This document shows positions 59,288-64,000 of a DNA stretch of 64,000 bases, one piece after another (the first letter of the stretch is position 1; each line of letters opens with the position of its first letter). The DNA is taken from positions 672,001-736,000 of the forward strand of contig CAXXTF010000001.1 in NCBI GenBank assembly GCA_963665775.2, in the 5' to 3' direction. Origin of the DNA: Dehalococcoidia bacterium. GTDB lineage: Bacteria; Chloroflexota; Dehalococcoidia; SM23-28-2; RBG-16-64-32. Below the pieces are notes generated by a model. The model was not told the origin of the DNA. It saw only the letters and a list, made by a program, of their open reading frames with translations, and searched no databases. Both the position numbers and the translations under genes were made by a program.

Positions 59288-60544
59288 ATGCCTAGACGGC
59301 TTGTTCAGCCACGGCTGGGCGCTGCCCTGGCTCTGACCCTGGCCCTTGGTGCCGGTCTTCTGCTGGCGGAACTCTTGATGGCCCCGTCGGCGGGGGACCT
59401 GCGCGACCTGGGCGTCTATCTCGCGCTCTCCGGAGCGATCACACTGGGCGTTGGCTGGCTGGCCCTTCGCGCCGCCGACAGCGCCGTTGGGCTGTCGATA
59501 CAGACCAAGGCTTTTCTGAGCGCCGCCATAGGCAGCGGTGTGGCCTTGCTCAACGTTCTCATCGTGGCCCAGCTCATGTTCGTGTCGGTTTCGCACGATT
59601 TGAAGCTGCTGGTGGCGCTCCTCGTGTTCAGTGCAGTCGTGACGATCTTCTTTAGCCTCTGGGTAGCATCGACGATAGTGGGCCGCGTCGCTACCGTGGC
59701 GGCCGGCATCCGCTCTCTGGCGACGGGTGATTACGGCGTCAGCGTGCCTGTGGTCGGCCGGGATGAGGTCGCCCGGCTGGCGGGTGACGTAAACGTCCTG
59801 GCTCAGCGCCTGCGCGCCGGAAAAGAGGAGCGCGAGGCGTTTGAGCGGGAGCGACGGGAGTTGACGGCGGCGGTGTCCCACGACCTGCGCACGCCGCTGG
59901 CCAGCGTGCGGGCGATGGTGGAGGCGCTGGACGACCATGTGGTGGAGGACCCGGTGGAGATTGAGCGCTATTACGACACGATCCGCCGGGAGATCGAACG
60001 TCTGAGCCGGATGATCGACGACCTATTCGATCTGGCGCAGATGGACTCCGGTGCCCTGCGCCTCCACAGGCAAACCCTCGCCCTGCAAGACATAGCGGCG
60101 GAGGTTGTCGACGCTATGCAAGCGCAGGCCCGCCGGCGCGGCGTGGGCCTGGATTTCCGCGTTCGGGGGAGTCCCCCCGGCATCTCTGTAGATGGCGCGC
60201 TCGTTGAGCGGGCGGTCGCCAACCTGGTCCGCAACGCGCTGGCGCATACGCCGGCTGGAGGCCGGGTGGAGGTCAGCGTCGAGTCCGAGGACGGCTGGAT
60301 CAAGGTAGGTGTCAGTGACAGCGGCGACGGCATCGACGAAGCCGACCTGCCGCACATCTGGGATCGCTTCTACCGCGCTGAAAAGTCCAGGAAGCGCGGT
60401 CCAGAGGCGGCCGACGGGGCCGGGCTTGGGCTGGCGATCGTCCGCGGCATCGTCGAGGCGCACAGCGGCCTGGTGGACGTGTGTTCGTCGCCTGATCGGG
60501 GCGCCGTGTTCACTGTGCAGCTTCCTGGCCCTCATCGCCTGTAG
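59288..60544 (+). CDS. HAMP-domain sensor histidine kinase
   Basis: TM segments, SHDLRTPL, NLVRNAL, DSGDG, GAGLGLAI. Confidence 0.95.
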   Translation: MPRRLVQPRLGAALALTLALGAGLLLAELLMAPSAGDLRDLGVYLALSGAITLGVGWLALRAADSAVGLSIQTKAFLSAAIGSGVALLNVLIVAQLMFVSVSHDLKLLVALLVFSAVVTIFFSLWVASTIVGRVATVAAGIRSLATGDYGVSVPVVGRDEVARLAGDVNVLAQRLRAGKEEREAFERERRELTAAVSHDLRTPLASVRAMVEALDDHVVEDPVEIERYYDTIRREIERLSRMIDDLFDLAQMDSGALRLHRQTLALQDIAAEVVDAMQAQARRRGVGLDFRVRGSPPGISVDGALVERAVANLVRNALAHTPAGGRVEVSVESEDGWIKVGVSDSGDGIDEADLPHIWDRFYRAEKSRKRGPEAADGAGLGLAIVRGIVEAHSGLVDVCSSPDRGAVFTVQLPGPHRL

Positions 60545-60738
60545 TGCCCCGTTGAGGGCGAGCCGACCGGCCTTTTCGTTTGCCAACCCCGCCATTTGGC
60601 GTTTCGTAGCTGAACCGCTATCGCTGTAAGGGTTTCGTAAGGTTCTCTCGCTAGACTGACCCCTAGAGCCTTTGAGGCAGAGAAGATAGCGCCGGCCCTG
60701 GCTACCAGACCAGAGCCGGCTAATAGAAGGAGCGTGGC

Positions 60739-61593
60739 ATGCGGAGCATGAGCCTGACGACGGCTGGCCTGGCCCTAGTTGCCGTGATCGGCGTGGTTGC
60801 GGTGGGGTTGGCGCTGGCCGTGTCCCCGGCGCGGGGCCAGGACGAGATCACCTACAACGTGACTATAGAGAATCTCACAGGCGGGCAGCCCTTCACGCCG
60901 CCAGTAGTCGTGGCGCACTCCGACCAGATAGACCTCTTCGAGCTGGGCCAGGCGGCGTCCGCCGAGGTGCAAGCGATAGCCGAAAACGGCAACAACGATC
61001 CCCTTGTGGCCCTGCTCGGCGGCTCCGCTGCGGTTATCAACATGGCGACCGGCACGGGACCCGTCATGCCCGGCGAGTCGGCGACCATAACCGTCGAGGC
61101 TCCGGAGGGAAGTCTGCTATCCGTGGCCGCGATGCTCATCTGCACGAACGACGGCTTTACCGGCGTGGACTCCTGGCCGCTGCCTGACAGCGGGTCCGCC
61201 AGCGTCGACGCTAACGCCTACGACGCGGGCACCGAAATGAACACCGAGGATTTCGCCGATATCGTGCCCCCCTGCCAGGGGCTGATCGGCGTCTCATCCG
61301 ATGACGATGGCACGGGCATGACGAATCCGGCGCTGGCCGAGGGCGGGGTCATCGCGGCCCACCCCGGAATCCAGGGCGGCACCGACCTGACCGTGGCCGA
61401 TCACGGCTGGACCGATCCGGTCGCCAGGATCACGGTGACCGTGATGCCCGACGAGCTTCCGGGCACAGGCGGCCCTCCCTCCGCTGAGGGCTCCAGCAGC
61501 CATCTGTGGGCGGTCTGGATCGGCATCGGCGCGATCGTGCTTCTGGCTGGCGGCGGCAGTCTGGCCGTAGCAAGGAGGCGCGTTAACCGGTAG
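60739..61593 (+). CDS. Spondin_N-domain surface protein with LPxTG-type sorting signal
   Basis: Signal peptide; YNVTIENLT..QPFTP, MLICTNDGF, AYDAGTEMN; LPGTG + TM + RRRVNR. Confidence 0.85.
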   Translation: MRSMSLTTAGLALVAVIGVVAVGLALAVSPARGQDEITYNVTIENLTGGQPFTPPVVVAHSDQIDLFELGQAASAEVQAIAENGNNDPLVALLGGSAAVINMATGTGPVMPGESATITVEAPEGSLLSVAAMLICTNDGFTGVDSWPLPDSGSASVDANAYDAGTEMNTEDFADIVPPCQGLIGVSSDDDGTGMTNPALAEGGVIAAHPGIQGGTDLTVADHGWTDPVARITVTVMPDELPGTGGPPSAEGSSSHLWAVWIGIGAIVLLAGGGSLAVARRRVNR

Positions 61594-61618
61594 GATTGGG
61601 TCCTAGCGGGCCTAGCGG

Positions 61619-61651
61619 GCAAGGGCGGCCCCTTTAGGGGGCCGTTCTTGC
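61619..61651 (+). terminator. GC-rich hairpin, probable intrinsic terminator
   Basis: GCAAGGGCGGCCCC-TTTAG-GGGGCCGTTCTTGC then TTCTCT, just after the spondin gene. Confidence 0.6.
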
Positions 61652-61703
61652 TTCTCTGGATGAGCGGAGATGACACCCGCCTGGTGCTATACTTGGGCTG
61701 GAG

Positions 61704-62378
61704 ATGGTGACGATGCCCAGGACTTATACGAAGCAGCTGAGCCAAAACAGAATAACCCTCCTGGCTGAGCTGGCGACGGAGGTGAAGGACCGCCCCGTCC
61801 TGAATGCCATCGCTCGGGTGCCGCGGGAGCAGTTCATCTCTGAGGACCTTCGCCTGTTCGCCTACGAGAACCGGCCGCTACCCATCGGCTACGGTCAGAC
61901 TATCTCGCAGCCCCTTATCGTCGCCTTGATGACGGCGGCGCTGGAGCTGAAGGGGCACGAACGTGTCCTGGAGATCGGCACCGGCTCCGGCTACCAGGCT
62001 GCCCTCCTCTCCCTGCTGGCGGCAGAGGTGATCACCGTGGAGCGGGTCCAGCCCATGGCGCAGAGGGCGGCTCAGACGCTCTCCGATCTGGGATACGCTA
62101 ATGTGAAGGCATACGCGGCCGGCGAGGAGATAGGCTGGCCCCCGGACGCACCCTACGACGGTATCATCATCACGGCAGGTGCCCCTGAGGTGCCGCGCCA
62201 GCTGCTGGACCAGGTCGCGCCGGGAGGACGGCTGGTGATCCCGGTGGGTGGCCGCGACATGCAGGAGCTGGTGCGCATCGTGAAAACCCCGGAAGGTGCG
62301 CTGCGGCATAACCTGGGCCCCTGCCGGTTCGTGCCCCTCCTGGGTCGAGGCGGCTGGCCAGAAGAGGCGAAGTCCTAA
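61704..62378 (+). CDS. pcm: protein-L-isoaspartate O-methyltransferase
   Basis: VPREQF, GQTISQP, VLEIGTGSGY, APYDGIIITA, RFVPL. Confidence 0.95.
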   Translation: MVTMPRTYTKQLSQNRITLLAELATEVKDRPVLNAIARVPREQFISEDLRLFAYENRPLPIGYGQTISQPLIVALMTAALELKGHERVLEIGTGSGYQAALLSLLAAEVITVERVQPMAQRAAQTLSDLGYANVKAYAAGEEIGWPPDAPYDGIIITAGAPEVPRQLLDQVAPGGRLVIPVGGRDMQELVRIVKTPEGALRHNLGPCRFVPLLGRGGWPEEAKS

Positions 62379-62635
62379 CCGACGAGCGCTCAACCAGGGA
62401 ATCATAAGGGCAGACGCCGCGTTATACGCTGGCCGAACGGTCGCAGGCCTGCTCTGACATTCTGTTAACCGCAGAGGCTGTGACGCGTTTACCCCAATGG
62501 CATTCTAGACAGGGAAACTTTCCCGGCTTATCAACAAATTAACCCAGCGGCCCGCTGGACAGAGAAAGGAGGTGAAAATAGAATATGGCCGTTAGTTCCC
62601 CACAGCGGCTAGGCAAGCAGGAGGAGCGATCTTCT

Positions 62636-63538
62636 ATGAAGAAGACCACGGACGCTTTCCTGGTCTTTCTCTCAGTTGAGAAGGGTAGCTCCGCCAACAC
62701 GATAGCCGCTTACCGCAACGACCTCCAGCAGCTCGCCGACTTTATTGGAATGAGGCAGCGTAATGGGGGCTGGGATGGCCTGGATCGCTCGGCAATTCAG
62801 GACTTCATCCTGGACCTCAAGGAGAGGGGCTACTCAGAGACCTCGGTGGCCCGCAAGGTAGCCGCCCTCCGTTCGTTCTTCTCCTTCCTCTCTGCCGAAG
62901 GCGTCATCAAGGCAAACCCTACTGAGGGGCTTAGCTCGCCCCGTGTGGGCAGGACCCTGCCTAAGGCTATCAGTCCCAATGAGGTCGACGAGCTCCTGGA
63001 ACAGCCTTCGCGGCGATCGACTCCCGAGGCCAAACGGGACGGCGCCATGTTGGAGATTATTTACGCCACCGGCATGCGGGTTACGGAACTGGTCTCTCTG
63101 AACATGGAGAACCTCAATCTGGACCCTCGCAGTCCGTACATCAGATGCCTGGGCAAGGGCGCTAAGGAACGCAGCATTCCCATCCACGAACAGGCGCTCG
63201 AGAGCCTCGTCGGGTACCTGGAAGAAGGCGGCCGGCCACTCCTGATGCGAAACAGGAGCGAACAGGCTCTCTTCCTGAACCGTCGCGGCGAGAGACTGAC
63301 CAGACAGGGGTTCTGGCTGATCCTTAAGCGTTACGCCAGGGCCGCCAACCTCAGCGCGGAGATCACCCCGCATACGCTCCGGCACTCCTTTGCCACCCAC
63401 ATGCTGCGCGGCGGTATGCCTCTGAGAAACATTCAGGAGATGCTGGGCCACGCGAACATCTCCACTACCCAGGTCTATACCCACCTCACCAGCGATCACG
63501 TGCGGGAGGTTTACGGACGGGCCCACCCCCGAGCCTAA
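62636..63538 (+). CDS. xerD: site-specific tyrosine recombinase XerD
   Basis: NTIAAYRNDL, YATGMRVTEL, GKGAKER, LTRQGFW, TPHTLRHSFATH, LGHANISTTQVY. Confidence 0.93.
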   Translation: MKKTTDAFLVFLSVEKGSSANTIAAYRNDLQQLADFIGMRQRNGGWDGLDRSAIQDFILDLKERGYSETSVARKVAALRSFFSFLSAEGVIKANPTEGLSSPRVGRTLPKAISPNEVDELLEQPSRRSTPEAKRDGAMLEIIYATGMRVTELVSLNMENLNLDPRSPYIRCLGKGAKERSIPIHEQALESLVGYLEEGGRPLLMRNRSEQALFLNRRGERLTRQGFWLILKRYARAANLSAEITPHTLRHSFATHMLRGGMPLRNIQEMLGHANISTTQVYTHLTSDHVREVYGRAHPRA

Positions 63539-63571
63539 TATCGCGAGCCGAGTGTGGTAATGAGAAGGGCG

Positions 63572-64000
63572 ATGCGCGGCCGAGCCGCCGTCGCCCTTCT
63601 CCTCTCGTTCTTTCTAGTCGTATTCATCGCTCTTGCCTGCGCGGATAGGGATAACCTTGCCCCGCCTGCCTCCACCGCCAGCCCTCTTTCCTCTACGCCG
63701 ACTGCTGCTTCTAGCTCTCCTACCCAGACCAGCGTGCCACCGGTCCAGACGGAGCCTCCGGGCCGCGACCTTCTGGACCTGGCCCGTCGCTACCGTGGCC
63801 TGCCCGCCGACAGCTCACCTCTGGCCCGCCTGACGCCCTACGGTTACCAGCTTGGCGACGCTCAGCAGTTCACTCTCATCGACCTGGAAGGGCCGAGCAC
63901 CGCCGTGATCTCGGCGACGCTGCATCTGATCACGGATCACGCCTACTTCTTCGTCGAGGACGGAATTCCTGTGCAGGCGATCGACCTGGAGGCCATCGGG
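63572..64000 (+). CDS. lipoprotein, possibly metallopeptidase N-terminus (partial at right edge)
   Basis: MRGRAAVALLL...IALAC lipobox, PT-rich linker, RDLLDLARRY, ATLHLITDHAYFFVEDG; open to window end. Confidence 0.7.
   Translation, partial: MRGRAAVALLLSFFLVVFIALACADRDNLAPPASTASPLSSTPTAASSSPTQTSVPPVQTEPPGRDLLDLARRYRGLPADSSPLARLTPYGYQLGDAQQFTLIDLEGPSTAVISATLHLITDHAYFFVEDGIPVQAIDLEAIG

Noticed and set aside
62636-63538. xerD as integrase of an island
   Set aside because: Has housekeeping XerD signatures and sits among core-like genes with no att duplication seen.
1-64000. CRISPR array, tRNA or rRNA
   Set aside because: No regularly spaced repeats, cloverleaf or rRNA signature seen by eye; the three-copy element is tens of kb apart.

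Overview
GC-rich bacterial chromosome segment. Gene content (F420-type LLM oxidoreductases, family III CoA transferases, thiolase/DUF35 pair, dockerin-like and LPxTG surface proteins, xerD/pcm) suggests Chloroflexota/Dehalococcoidia; this is inference. It is an accessory mosaic of catabolic genes, a ynbAB-like phospholipid cluster, two two-component systems (one regulator broken by a complete IS1380 with 5-bp TSD) and many gene relics. Main results: (1) two selenoproteins missed by the ORF track, a CUAEP-tail radical SAM enzyme (beside NfuA, an unknown protein and an ATP-grasp ligase) and an OsmC-family protein, each with an in-frame UGA and a similar SECIS-like hairpin; (2) a ~40-58 bp non-coding element with an invariant 18-bp core found three times, each just upstream of an unrelated gene; (3) a repressor / HNH / Zn-ribbon / SWIM module behind a perfect sigma70 promoter, flanked by housekeeping-gene debris; (4) a cyanophycinase-like peptidase fused to a CysRS-type C-terminal domain. 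No tRNA, rRNA or CRISPR array was seen. All calls come from reading motifs by eye; no searches were run.
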